A DNA stretch of 64,000 nt from contig CM074807.1 of NCBI GenBank assembly GCA_037447605.1, positions 868,001 through 932,000 on the forward strand, written 5' to 3'. This DNA comes from Zygnema circumcarinatum SAG 698-1b. Its lineage: Eukaryota > Plantae > Zygnematophyceae. Below the pieces are notes generated by a model, which was not told where the DNA came from, did no database searches, and worked only from the letters and a program-made list of their open reading frames with translations. Position numbers and translations under genes: made by a program. Positions within the stretch are counted from its first letter, which is position 1. Each line of letters starts with the position of its first letter. Positions 13,714-26,756 of this stretch are shown here, in pieces.

Positions 13714-13782
13714 GTGTGTGCATGTGGCATGGGCCTGTGTGTGCATGTGGCATGGGCATGTGTGTGCATGTGGCATGGGCAT
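13714..13782. repeat. 23-bp minisatellite x3 (GTGTGTGCATGTGGCATGGGC[A/C]T)
   Basis: Three adjacent units at 13714, 13737 and 13760 differ at one position. Confidence 0.9.
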
Positions 13783-15855
13783 GCTGATGATGGCATTCAT
13801 TGCTGGAATTCAAATTTCTAAGAAACACCTAAACCCTAAACTCTAAACCCTGGGCCCTCCAACCAATCCTAAAAACCCTAAACCTAGAACCCTGGCGACG
13901 ACGATCCCCAAAACGGTTTGCGCATGGAATTTGATTGTCCGTACGGAACTGCCAGTAGACAAGATCGTACGGGCATCGCACTCCGTACTGTGACCTGTCG
14001 GGACGGCTTCCGGCAGCGGCGAGGCTGCACGTGGACGTTCACCAGTGCCGTTTTCGATACTGACAGACTTTCCCGAAATGCCGCAAGACGTGGCCCAATT
14101 GAAACGATTCATTGAGATCTGATCTTATCCGGAAATCGTACGGTCGCTCGATCTGCGATTTGCTGCATGCGACGTACGGACGGCCACGTCGCGTGGCGCA
14201 GCGGCTGTCACCTGGCAGGAAGGTGTGACCCTCATCCGTCTCGAACAGGGGACCTCGCACTGTACGCCACATGGCAAGCGCTGGTTGGTTGGAGATATTT
14301 GATGTGGAGACGCGTGGTTGTTGTGACGCCACGTGGCAGGACCAAAGCTGGATGTGGCTGTGGGTGTGCCACGTGGCAGAGTCCGAGCTGGAGCAGATTT
14401 TTGGCCCGTCGGGGACCTGCGGGGCGGCGCTTCGGCGGTCACGGTCGTTCGTACGGTCATTCGTACGACACGCCGTACGGCTGGCCGCTCGCCACGTTGC
14501 AGGGCTCCGAGAAGGGGCACGTGTAGGAAACGACAGAGTCGATGACGCCATGCATGATGTCAGGAATGGGACGAAGGTTGATGTCAACGATGACGTCATT
14601 GATGGCGTCACCCGTTTGCGGGTGCATTGGACATGAAACCAGGTTTGGAGTTTCGCCTTCTTTGGTTTTTTCAAAACTGACGTTTTTCTAGGGAGAATCG
14701 CGTGAATCAAATTTTCGTTCGGGTTCAATTAAAAACGGGAAAAAATCACAAACTGCGTCTGAGTGTGACGTCACATCTGCTGTTTCATGTCGCAGTTCAA
14801 AAAGGGGAAAGAAACGCTGCAGTTGTGGACACAGAACTCTGAACTGAACGGAACTGGTACGAACACAGAAATTGACCCGCCTTGCTCAAAGCGATATCCA
14901 TAACTGGCTCGCTTACGCGTTGACTGGAACGGTCCACACAAAACACACAGCTCAGTGTAACTGTAGCATGGAACACTCCTGAACGGCATTGCTCACTTTT
15001 ATTTTTTATTATTATTTTTTTTAATCACCCACGGCTCTCAAGGCGCTAGAACGCATGGACTGACTACGGCGATGAGCTCAAAACCCTTAACCCTTAAGGG
15101 CCAATAAGACCCTCTACCCCCCCCCCGCTCCATGCTCCATCGCCATGCGTTCCCGCTTCCACATAGAACCGCGCCGTCTGGTTTCCACCCATGGAAACGA
15201 TCAGTAAACATTTGACCGTATTATTTACAAGCAGGTGCAGCCCCACACACAGGCTCTGTCTGTCTGCAGATAAAAATGATTACTCGCCTTATCCACTAAA
15301 ATATTTCAAGAGTGGATCCACACGATAAAGAAGGCGCAACCCCAGTTCCGAAGGTGAAGGAAATTTCCCCGACGGTACCTGAAACTGCTCAAAACGTTGG
15401 GCTTTAACCCCGCCTTCGAATGCATGCATGCATGTATGGGGGGGGGGTCAGACCCGCCGGCTTCCCCTCCCCCTCCCTCCCTCCCTCCCTCTCCCCCTCC
15501 CTCCCTCTCTCCCTCCCTCCCTCCCTCTCTCCCTCCCTCCCTCCCTCCCTCCAGCGCGCCCTCCTTCCTGCAAGGGGGGGGCAGAAATGTAAGAGGCGAG
15601 GCGAGAGGAGGCCAGACTCGCCTCCGACCCCGACCAACATAAAGCGATTTTTAGGGTTTCTGTAGCGCTAAGAGGCGGCGGCGGTGCAAGCTATACCCAC
15701 CCGTCTCTCTCTCTCACGCGCCATGGCGGGCGGCTGCATCCAAGGAAGGGGCTCCGCGCTCTCTCCTCCAAGGAAGAGGAGGAGAGGGAGGAGACGAGGA
15801 GGACGGGGAGGAGGAAGTGGAGAGAGGGGAGGACAGATAGGACAAGGAGAGGGAG

Positions 15856-15904
<49 letters not shown>

Positions 15905-15926
15905 CGAGAGAGGAGAGGGAGAGGCC

Positions 15927-18900
15927 TCAGAGTGCACGCGCGGCGAGGCCGGGCAGTATGAGGGGCAGGAGGCGGCCGCCCTGCCACGTGGCCTCGCCGC
16001 CGCCCACCGCCTGCTTCTTCAGGAGAGCGCACGCGTCCGCGAAGGCCTGCAGCACTCCCATGGGGGAGGGAGGGGGAGGGAGAGAGAGAGACGATATATG
16101 AATGGTAAAGTGGAAGAAGCAGGATGGGACTGAAAGACCAATTCACAGACTCACATCATAAGTTTTTAAACACTTTTGTGTTTTCCTCACAACATGAGAA
16201 AGAGTTAAAAACAAAATAAAAAAAGCTGATGAAATGGTTCGCCCTGAACCGGAACCGGACCAGAAAAACGACCTACCGTTCATACTTCAGATTATCACAG
16301 CTTTAAAAATATAAAGAGAAAACAAAGAGAAAAAAGGGGAAGACAATGGAGGGTTGTTCCTGCACCTTGGTGCACTGCAACACTCGGAAGCAGTTTCTGC
16401 CCACATTGTTCGTCGGATCGAGGGGGTCCTCAATGTACAGAGGGTCGATACTGGTTTGCAGCCCAATAAGAGGATGCCACGTGTAAGTCCATGTTCGTTC
16501 AAGGAAACAGATTAGCATCATCCATCTGAGCAGTGAAACCTGTCTGAAAAGGGACCCTAATTGCAAAGTAGTAATCTCCGATAGAGCGAGCAACATTGAG
16601 GAAGCCGAAAAGTGGTGAAGGGGAGAAGGGGTCTACCTCTGATTGCGGTCTCGTTCGACATACATTCCTCCTCCTCTAATGCTCACACCCATCCTCCGCG
16701 GATCAAAGACACATCTGCGGGAATTTAAGTTTAGTTAGTTTTAGACAAGGATGGAAACGATTCAGATTTCAAAATAGAAATGGTTGTCAGAGTTTAACCA
16801 ATGCGAGGGGTTTTACGAACATGCAGCTTTGTTTCGAAGCTTTGCTGTTTTGAGATTTTCAAGGAGAGCTTTTCGGACACTGAAGCCTACCCGAAAAAGT
16901 GCAGAAAATCCATCAAAAGGCTGCCCAGATTCTGCAAAGAAACCCACCCACGAAAGGAAATTAACATAAGACCTAAATCTTTCTAAGATTATCCAAAAAG
17001 ACCAGTCCAAAAGAACACCCTTCCAAGACTTGCCTTCCCTTTACCTGCAATTGCGGGGGCCGCCCAATCTGTTGTTGGTGCTGCAAAAATCTCGTTATGA
17101 GAAGCACCTGTAAAGGCACCCCCTCCTCAAAAACTTCCAAATTTCTCAGTTTCCGTTAGTAACCCACAAGTCAAATATTGGGATTCAAAATCGAAGCAAA
17201 CTGTCGGAAGGGTTTTGGGTTGCCAGAGCTCCCATTTAACAGTTATCGTTTGCTCATAAAAGCTTTCTGCCAGTTCATTCTCTCAAGAAACAATGATTCT
17301 AAGTAAGGAAACGTACAAGGCAGTAGGAGGAGAGCCCCCCCGTGAAGGGGTGGTCCAAACTGCGTTCAGTCAGAAACTGCTTCAGAGAGAGGGCCAAAGC
17401 TACCAGGGCAGGAAACTTCGCTGCAAGTTCTCGGACCTGAAACAGGCCAAGTAATAGGTTTTGAAGAGAAGAAAAATGGAACTTGAGAGAGCCGCTTCAA
17501 TAGGGATACGAAATGAACCCACATTCCGAGCATATATCTTTCACCAAAAAGTAAAAAAAAAGGAGTGCCAGCTAGAAATGCGAACCTTTATCTATCCTGC
17601 AAAGGGCCCATAGAAATATTCTCTTGTCACAAGCGAGTACAATTGAAACAATGGAAAAAAAAAAATAGAGCTGAAAGTTACCAGTTCCGCTGTGCGGAGA
17701 CCCGTGTGAGAGGGCCCCTCAAAGCTGATATCCAACCGAACTTGCTGCCGATCCTCCAGATTGCTCCACAACCCACTTGGCTTCTTTTCCAACTGGGATG
17801 TGCCCTTCCCCTGTCCACCATACAATAGACCCACAGCTTCATTGAAGCTGGAAACTGTTTCTTTCCTAACACAAATTTCCTCGGGCTCATTTTCTTTTCT
17901 CAAGAATGTCACGGTCGAAAGCCAACTTCTCTTTATGCAACAATCACAATCTATTCAAAGACAGATACTGCATCCGACTCGGGCCTTCATCGCCAGTTTT
18001 TTCCATTAGCAGGAGACGTCCTTGTATGTTATATCCACCCTACAGGTTTGGAAAGAATTCAAAAAAACCCTAAAAACCCTCAAAACCCTAAAAACCCTAA
18101 AACAAAGAATTAGGAATTTCTTTCTATGTCCTTACAGTAGAATTGGGCCGCTCTGCCCCGACCTTCAGAGTCGGACTGCTGCTGCCTCCCACCTTCTCAT
18201 CCGGCCCACAACCGTGAGAGGAGTCCTCCTCTGCGGAATCGAGCTCAATATTCGCAGTGAGCATAATGATGGGCACCGCCGTATTCTCAATCGTCTTTAT
18301 CGAATCCCCCTTCACCCAATCCTGGTCCGCCAAATACCGCGCAGCGTGCTGCATGTCCGCCCTCCCACCCACCCCCCTCCCCTCCCACCCTTAAGCAGTG
18401 CAACCTACAAACAATAAACCCACCCCCCTCCACCATAAACGCTAGTGCCTTCCTCCCCNNNNNNNNNNGGGGAGAAGGGGGGGAGGGAGGGGAGGGAGGA
18501 GGAGAGAAGGGAGGAGAGGGGGGGAAGGGAGAGGAGAGGAAGGAAGGAAAGAATGGGGCGGAGGGAGTAAAAGGAGAGGAGGGAGGGGAGTAGGAGAAGG
18601 GGATAAGGGGGGAGGGAGGGGAGGGGGAGGAGGGAGGGGAGGGGGAGAAAGGAGAGAACGCAAGGGAGTGGGAAAACTGAGGGGAGGGGAAGGGAAGAAG
18701 GGAGAGAAGGGGGAGGGGAGTGCCGGAGTGAAGCGAGACCGAGAGAGGAACCCATGTGCAGCCCTGAATAAGAAGAGTTTCTACCCGGGCAGCCTCCTCA
18801 CCTGCATGCGGAAGTTCTCAATCTCCTGATGCAGGGCCGTGTGCAGTGCTGCCAGGGCAGGCTGCTGTGCCAAATCGACCACTCTCGAAACTTCTAAGGG

Positions 18901-21900
18901 GAGAACGACAGGGGGCCTTAAAGGCTGCTGGGGTGTACGGACTGCGAGAGGCACCTCCCTTAGCCAATTCCCTCTCTCTGCATCAGACACCCCCCACTCA
19001 CTTCGTGGCCTCGTCCCACCCTCTCCCACCCCTCTCCCTCCTCCTCCTCCTGCTCCTCCTCCTCCTCCTCCTCCGCCTCCTCCTCCTCCTCCTCCTCCCT
19101 GGCTAGGAGGCAAAAACCCCCAATGGCGAGGACTTGAGCTTCCCGAGCGGACTCTGGAAAACCCCTTTACCTGCCGGACTCCGGCTATAGGGGAGGGTGG
19201 AGGAGGGGGAGGTGCTTCTCGAGGAGGGTGATACCTTAGTATTGGGGAGGAGGGCCTGTTCCAATGCACTGCTCTTGCCCTCCCTCTCCCTCCCTTCTCC
19301 CACTGTGAGTGACTTCTGTGAGCAGGACTCGCGGTGCTTGGGCTTGTTCTCCCGGAATCCTTCGTGACTGAAGAGGTGCGGGAGATAGAGGGAGAGCCGT
19401 ATGCAGTGAAGGATATGCGAGAGGTCCGTGAGGGAGGGTTCATGGATGTTCTAACTAGGAGGTGGAGAGGTTGGCTGAAAGGTAGGTCTGGAGAAGTTCC
19501 GCCTCCTGCTGAAGTCACAGAATTGGAGGGAGTAGCTACTGAAGTTTCTTGAGTCTGAGCTATGCTGTTTCCCACTCCGAATGTCCCCATAACGGGAGGC
19601 AAAACTGCAGAAACTCCGATAGAAGCTCCAACTGGACTACATTCTGCTTCAATAGGAGAATTTGCGGGTTGAGACTCTGACCCTTGTGTGGAATAATCGC
19701 TTTCTAATGCTGTGTTGCCTTCTCCGGATTGGGTGGCAGTCCCCCACTCGGGAGGAGGGAGAGGGGAGGTGGGAGAGGGAGTGTTTGAGGGTTCTGGGGG
19801 TTGAGCAGTGAGGCCGAGCCCCGGATAGGATGAGGATAAAGGACAATTCATCACAATATCGTCGAGAATGACCTTCACATCTGCCTCCCGCCTTCCCCAC
19901 GAGCTATCCTCAGAACCCAAAGATGAGCCGGCTCGAGATGCTCCTGCACCTCCTGCATAATCTGCTGCAGTCCAATACAACACTCCTCCTCCAAAAGCTT
20001 CATGAAAGTCAACATTTCCTTCATCATGGTAAAACTCCGCATCGGACCTTTCGGCTACCACTCCTTCACGCCCACTATCAACCCCCCCATCTGAAAAATA
20101 GCCGTACTCCACAAAATCGTCAAGTTTCTGACCTGTTCCTTCTGCTCTGGTGGAGTCATCTCCATCGGTATCTAAAGCTGACCAATCTTCCCCATCTGAA
20201 GACAACAAACTACTCGACTGAGCTTCTAGAAGACCTGCCCCAGGTCCCGAACCCACACCCCAAAAGGATTTTTTGAAGTTGAGAAGATGCCCATTGCTTG
20301 CATTGGAGGAATATCCCCGGTCTATAAGGGGAAGGTTGATCCTAAGACCCGTCTGATTGAGTCCATTGTTCACTAAGAGTTTCCCACCGGGGAGGGCTCC
20401 AAGCAAGCTTGAGTTTTCCCCATCCACGTCGGGTGAAATTCCGGAAGAATTTGGTCCATTCGACAGCCATATGTGCTCCATTTCAAGCTGCGTTCCGTCG
20501 GAGAGAGAGAGGGGAATGTCAAGGAGGGGTTCAGAGGCCCTATTGCAAGGCAGCCTTGGCCACTCGTCAGAATTCCTGCGAGAAGATGAGCATGATTTTG
20601 CAGACTGAGGAGACTTGGGAGGGAGAGAAGTGAGAGTGGACCCCCACCAGCTTCGATACTGCGTTGAAGCAGAGAGAGGAGGAGCAAGAGGAGGTCGGAG
20701 CTGATGGGATTCCGAATAGTGAAGGTCTTTCCTGTTCGGAAATTGGAGGCTCGGCCTTAGAGCAAAGGGTTGGGAAGTTTGTTCTATTGGGTTACTCTCA
20801 GGGAGATGAACGGGAGGAGAGCTCTTTTCTTGAAGGTCTGCTCTCTCACAGGTTTCGTTCCACCTTTCCGAGTGCGAAGTCGACATCTTTTCCTGCTCAG
20901 AATGTGGGAAAGAGACCTGCTCTCCAATGCCGCTGGGAGAAGGCTCAACACTAATGGGTGCACCCTCAGAAATGTCCGGAAATACAGTTCGAAGACCGAC
21001 CTCTCCGACAGAAGGAGAGAAACGTGATGAATCTGAGCTTGAAGCACCATTGTTTGTTTCTACAGTGCCAACTGCGGGATGCCACGAATGTGTTGGCATT
21101 TTTCTGCTCTCACTGAAGCCCTTCAGCCAGTTTGCAAACTCAAGATTTTGGGAGGGAGAACTCTGCTCGGGGTTCGTCTTCAACACAGAAGCACTCCCAA
21201 TCGCAGCACTGTTTGTTTCTTTGGGTTCGAATGGAGTAGCTTGCCACTCTAAGCTTCCCTCTGTCTGTTTTTTTCTCCCACCCTTTGTTTCCACTATTGG
21301 TAACCACCTAGTTTTAGGAGGCTTCGGTTCATTCTCATTCCAAACAGATTTTCCCCCTCCATGCTTTCCTTCTCTTCCTTTCGCCTTTCTCCCTTTTCCT
21401 ACTTTTGCAGGCACCCACTCCTGCTCTTGGCTACTCAACTCAGTGCTCTTACTAAATAGTAAAGCTTCCTCCAAGCCATTTTTTTTCTGACTGGCTTGAA
21501 ACTCTGTGTGAGTGGTTTCAGTCTTCAGCACAGAAGGGCTGTTCTCAGCCCCATCCTCTCCCTGTGCTCTCTCACTCGTATGCTCTCCTCTCCTTTTCCC
21601 TCGCTTCTTTCTGCATTTCACTCGTTGATTTGAATCTTGCTGGCCAGTCCCCTCTACCACCAGAGCTCCAATACCATTAGGGCTCCCATCCCCAGACTTC
21701 ACTTCTTGCGTACCTTCAGCTACGTGCTCCTTTCGAAGGGATTTATGTACACGATCTTCGGTCTCCTGGAAGAATTCAGCATTCTGGTGAAGTGTCAGAC
21801 ATTTGCTGAATGCTGAAATCTCATTTGACAAAACGATTGGGCCCTTATTGTCAGTTTTTTTAAACCATTGTTCTGCAAACGCATGCATATGCCAGCAACT

Positions 21901-24123
21901 TGAATTCTTGTTGGACACACTAGAAGAAGTCACTTCTCTGTACCAAAAAGACAATTTCGGTACTTGAGATATGCAATAAAGAAAGCCTCGGTAAACTGGA
22001 ATGCAGCCCGATATCTAGTTTACACATGGTATGCCACAACGGGACCACAAAGAAACAAGTTTGCACTACAACTGAACCAACAAAACAACCCTATAAGAAA
22101 AGTGTTTCTGGCGACTTGCCCTTCATCAACAGACCTTTGATGACTTTGTCTCCGCAGCTGCACCCTCGTCCTCCCTCCTCTTCACCTCCCTCCTTCTCTG
22201 TGGCTTCTTCTTCCTCCTTCCATCCGCATTCCCCTCGCACGCTCTTCCTTTCTCGTGCTCACCCTCACTCTCACTCTGTCCCACCTCACCCATCAGCTCT
22301 GCTTCCACGTACTCCTCCATGACTTTCCCTAACCCATCTCTCACTTGTCTATTCAGTTTATCTGCAAGGCTTCCAGTCTCATTCAAAGTGCTGTACATCC
22401 AAGGGATGCTAATGCTAAGTCCTGATCCCATTTCTTCACCCTTGAACAAGCGCTGCCTATGGGTTCGTTCAAGGAGCTTTGATTCTGAAACCACTTCAAG
22501 GAGGGCCAATAGGCCAGCAAGCCATGGCCCAGCAGGAGAATTACCCAACGATTTAGATCTGTTAGAACAAATAGAGGCCGGCCCTTTATCCAAAGAGTTC
22601 CAATACACACCATCGACTAAACCCGCCATCCATTTGGTACATTCTCTTCCTCTGCAGAACCTCCTTGAAATGATTTCCTGTTGCCGCACTGCTGCAGGCG
22701 GAACTGCCCCATTGGGGAGTGGGCCTGTTGAGACAGAAGATACTATACTGAGAACCTGGAAACAAGTGTGAAGAAGGGAGGGAAGTCAAGAGGGTGGTCA
22801 ACCGTTCGGCGTTTTCGAAGCTAATAATATTAGTCCTAGCTTGTGACTGACCAACTCATCACTACAACATACCGTGGGAAGCACGAAGATTGTGCCAAAT
22901 GGTCCAAGCTCAAAGGAGGGGATTCAGAGTGTCAAAGTTTTTACCTCTGATTTCACCACCCGACAAGTAGCTCCTCGCAAGAGCTTCTCCCTCTTCTTCT
23001 CCGCCATCCCACTCAGCCAGCCTGCTAGTCTCCTCTTCCTTTCCATGGTTACGGTTACCTGCTCACTAAAATTACTTGTCGAAACCTTTCCCATACTTTG
23101 CTTCCTGTTTGCAGTTCCCTGCCTTTCCTGTTGAGTCCCCCCCTTCCCCCTAATCCCACCTGCCTGCAACTGAGACCCTGTCACTTCCCTCCATGCCATC
23201 CAAATCGACATCTCCAACCGACTAGCAATATAGGCAGGAAGGCTGTAGTATCCAAGAGACTCGAGCCACTCTGTTTCCTGCCAAGACGAAGTCATAGGCT
23301 GACATGGTTTACGTAGAAAGTTGCCCCAGCTAAGGTCGTCCATCACGGCGATAAACTGCTCCAAATCTACCAGAAAATTTTCCGCTAAGACAAGCGTATC
23401 CAGCGACTGGCGTGAGATCACACTCGACCGTTTTAACAACCCACTCTCTGATACCTGATTTTCCCGATTGCTCCCTCCTTTGCCTGCATTCCTTGAGCCT
23501 TCCTTCGAATCAAGCAGCCTCACATTGTCTAGCAAGAATTGTCCTGCCTGCTCTTGTCTCCTTAATCTGAGCAGGAGACCTCTCCCCTGCCGGAAACAAA
23601 GACTCGGCATCGGAACTGGAGCTGCTTCTCCCGACCCCGAAGAAGTGCTTGTTGTCTTCACATGCATCTTTCCTTTTCCATTATGCACAGACTGCTTGCT
23701 TCCACCCTTTCCTCCTGCATCCCTCCGTGGAGCTCCTCCTGCTGAAAGGCCACCCTCTGCAGGAACATCCTGCAGTACAAAAAAGTTCCCGGAGCCTCTT
23801 CTCTGCAGCATCCTCTGCATACGCAACAACAGAGAGACCCATGGAGCATCCACAACAGCCAAAGCCTTCACTCTCTGCGAGGGAGTCAACTTCACAAGCC
23901 ATGCAATAATGGAGGATCGTAGCACTTCTCCCTGCTGTAGTTCGCCGCCAGAACCTTTCTCTCTCACAGTATTCCTCTCCAGAGGCTGTTTGGATGACAG
24001 GCGTTCGGCCTTCCATGGATGCTTGCCACTTAGAGTATTCTCTGAAGCTTTCTGCTGCGCTGAGCTCTTGTGAAAGATGGCCAAATGGTCAGTCAGCGAA
24101 TCCAAGAGCTGCTGTGTCTCCAT
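15927..24123 (-). CDS. Nucleotidyltransferase family protein (non-canonical poly(A) polymerase/TENT-like, MEE44/At4g00060-like). Resolved exons include 24123-22945, 22755-~22135, ~21937-18802, 18348-~18163, ~17900-17682, 17436-17317, 17107-17045, 16931-16891, 16714-16637, 16450-16366, 16046-15927
   Basis: N-terminus METQQLLDSLTDHLAIFH. C-terminal motifs HAARYLADQDWVKGDSIKTIENTAVPIIML, VRLDISFEGPSHTG, LKQFLTERSLDHPFTGGLSSYCL, NLGSLLMDFLHFFG, IDPLYIEDPLDPTNNVGRNCFR. The catalytic exons are not visible (see the gap at 18459-18468). A few internal boundaries are unresolved. Confidence 0.85.
18062..18101 (-). repeat. Intronic telomere-like array, mostly TTTTTAGGG units
   Basis: + strand reads aaaaaaccctaaaaaccctcaaaaccctaaaaaccctaaa. 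Confidence 0.85.
18459..18468. other. Assembly gap (N10) inside a G/A-rich tract within the nucleotidyltransferase gene
   Basis: N run. Confidence 1.
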
Positions 24124-24541
24124 TCTTTTAGCAAGAGACGGCGCTCCACACGATTCAATATGCTTTCAATTCCAAATCTTCTGAAAAGGAGGACAGTTGG
24201 CACGGCAGAACGGCGGGCGTAGCACCATCCTGCTCCTCCAGCTTCCTTAAGGAAATGTCTTCCCACCATGGCAGACGCACAGGATGCAGAGAAAGCAAGT
24301 GCGATCGGTAGAGGGAGTGGGAGGGAGGGGAATATTCAAGTGAAGGCCCATCATCATCACTGGCATCGCCATGCATGTGACTTCCCCTGCCTTGCTTGAC
24401 TCACCGACTTTCCGAGTTTCGCCCCTACGCGAATTCCGCATTCCAAATCCAGACTCGTCGGAATACGAATTCCGGACTCCGAATTTTGCATGCATGGCAT
24501 ATTACAGTAAGGTAGTGTAGAGCAGATATGCAGGGTTAGCC

Positions 24542-26608
24542 ATGGCTACTTGTTGCTGCCTTCCGCCTGCTTCTATCGCTCCTGTACTCGTGCAATCAAA
24601 TCATGTAAAACATAAGATTGCATACCATCAATGCTTCGATGGGCATTCTTGCAGCAGCAGAGGAGGAGCGCTGCTTGTGAAGAGGAGGAGCACGAGAGAG
24701 CCGGAAGGCATCGTGGTGAAAGTTCAGACATGGGGTCGCTTTGGAAAGCAGCAGCATGTTCTGCAGGGGGGCTTCTCTTCCAGGAGCAAGGCGCTGCAGA
24801 TAGTACAGCAAGGGGGTCTGGAAGCAGACGCAGAGGATCGGCAGGAATGGACAGCTAACCCTAAAAATCTAGATGAAAGAGGTGAAGCATTGAATGTGCA
24901 GACTTCAGGACGAAAATGCTTAGAATGCGCCGTATGTGCAGCATCAAGACGCCGATTTGTGTCAGCAATCGGTGGTGCTGCAATTGCAGGAGCTGCATCA
25001 CCTGCATTTTTTGCGGAAGGTGTCGCTATTTCCGCAGAGCAAGCCACGGTCAGTGGGATGCAGGAGAGACATTCGGGGTGAGATTGGGAATTGGTGCAAT
25101 GGAAGATTATCTTCGATCGACGAGAGATTGCTCTGCTAGAAAGAAGGCAGAATGCAACCCTCGGTTTATTCGGAACTCGCAGTTTCAATGTTATTTGAGT
25201 CATTTTCTAAACGTTGAAGCCTCTTGCCTTCTTCTTTGCTTTTCATTTATGTTAGAAAAAGAAACTGACACCCTGAACTTAAACGAACAAAAGTCTATGG
25301 GACATTTTTGAGCGCCATGTTTGCTGGTTTCCTTTTGACGGGAATTGGGATTTCACAGGGCTCGGACTATCTCTCGCTTCGACGAAGGCCCGCATGGCAG
25401 GAAGAGTTGTTTGCAAATGCCATGGCTACCACTATGCAACCGTATGAAACGCAGGTAAGCTCTCCTCGTAAGCAACTTTACTTTATTTTATTAAACCATC
25501 TTCCTCCTTAGAAACCTTATGTACGAGCACATTGCATTATCGTAATGAGAGGGACAAAGTCTGTGTGGCTCTTCTAGGACTGCCAAATGCAGCCCTTCGC
25601 AGATAAATGCACAAATGGTGCAATGGTCTGGATTGTGGGCCTAAACTCAACAGGTGGCATCCTTGAAGCGCACTCTTTTTCAAAAGCTGAGTGAAGGGGA
25701 AGGCCCCCTGGAGGTGTTGGAGCTCGGAATGGGAACAGGCCCTAATCTACAGCTCTATGCGCGCCCACAATTGCATGTGACTGCTGTGGACCCAAATGCT
25801 GCAATGAGACCCTATGCTCAGGCGGCTGCGAAGGAGGCAAATTTGTCACCTTCACAGCTTTCATTCTTGATTGGCGTACGTGAGAGCTTCCCTCTCTCAT
25901 CCTTTATTTCTCCCTCGTCTTGTCCTTCTCTTTCTCGATTCCTTTACCTTCTTCCATTTCATCAGTGTTTTTTGGAGGTGAGAGACGTCTGTGTGAAGAA
26001 GTGAGTTCGGCTTACAGATTTGAACATGTATAACTGCTGACAGGAGTTTATTGCGTGGTGAGAGCAGGTTGGTGAGAGCTTGCCTCTGCCGGAAAACTCT
26101 GTGGACGTGGCAGTGGGTACGCTGGTTCTATGCTCTGTTATAGACGTGGAAGCCGTCCTCCGAGGTAAAGGAGGACCTCGTTTTTGTGTCATTTATTCAC
26201 TAAAAGCTCCGTACTTGTATTCTCAAATTCTTACTTACTCTGACATGTTGTGTTGGTTTTCAGAGGTGTTAAGGGTGTTGAAGCCCGGAGGACAATATTT
26301 ATTTCTCGAACACGTTGCAGCTTCAGGTCTCTCTCTCTCTCCTCTCTCTCCATTTCTCTCTCTCTCTCTCTCCCCTGTTTCAACCGTGCTCACACTGCGC
26401 CTACATTCGTGCAGACGGAACATTCCTGCGAGCCCTGCAGGGTGCGTTGGACCCCCTCCAGCAGCTTCTAGCAGACGGCTGCCACCTCACCCGCGACCCC
26501 CTCCCTCTCATACAAACCGTTGGATTCACCCACGTCGATGGCCGTCGCCTGACGATCCCTCAGCTCTCTCTCCTCAGTCCACACGTGTATGGCTTTGCGC
26601 AGAAATAG
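24542..26608 (+). CDS. SAM-dependent methyltransferase type 11 (METTL7-like), probably plastid/thylakoid-targeted; exons 24542-25048, 25359-25454, 25654-25875, 26068-26164, 26264-26326, 26415-26608
   Basis: Motif I VLELGMGTGPN, plus VTAVDPN, SVDVAVGTLVLCSV, EVLRVLKPGGQYLFLEHV, LADGCHLTRD. All junctions are GT-AG and in phase. The leader contains an SRRRFV...hydrophobic stretch. Confidence 0.9.
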
Positions 26609-26756
26609 CCTCCCTCACTCTGCCCATCTTCACACGTAGGGCTCATGCAGACACGATGCGTGACAGTGGATTTCTGAAAGGGTAACTCTTCATTGCAAAG
26701 CTTTTGTACATTCCCCCATTTTATTAATGGAGCATTTGTTAATGGAGACGTGCTTG

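Noticed and set aside
14039-14728. 229-aa minus-strand ORF and several overlapping ORFs
   Set aside because: No recognisable motif (no transposase DDE or RT signature); coincides with the G-box/CGTACG array.
15287-15380. Possible minus-strand coding exon (TTTCAG acceptor, GCGAGT donor-like site)
   Set aside because: All three frames hit a stop and no partner exons were found.
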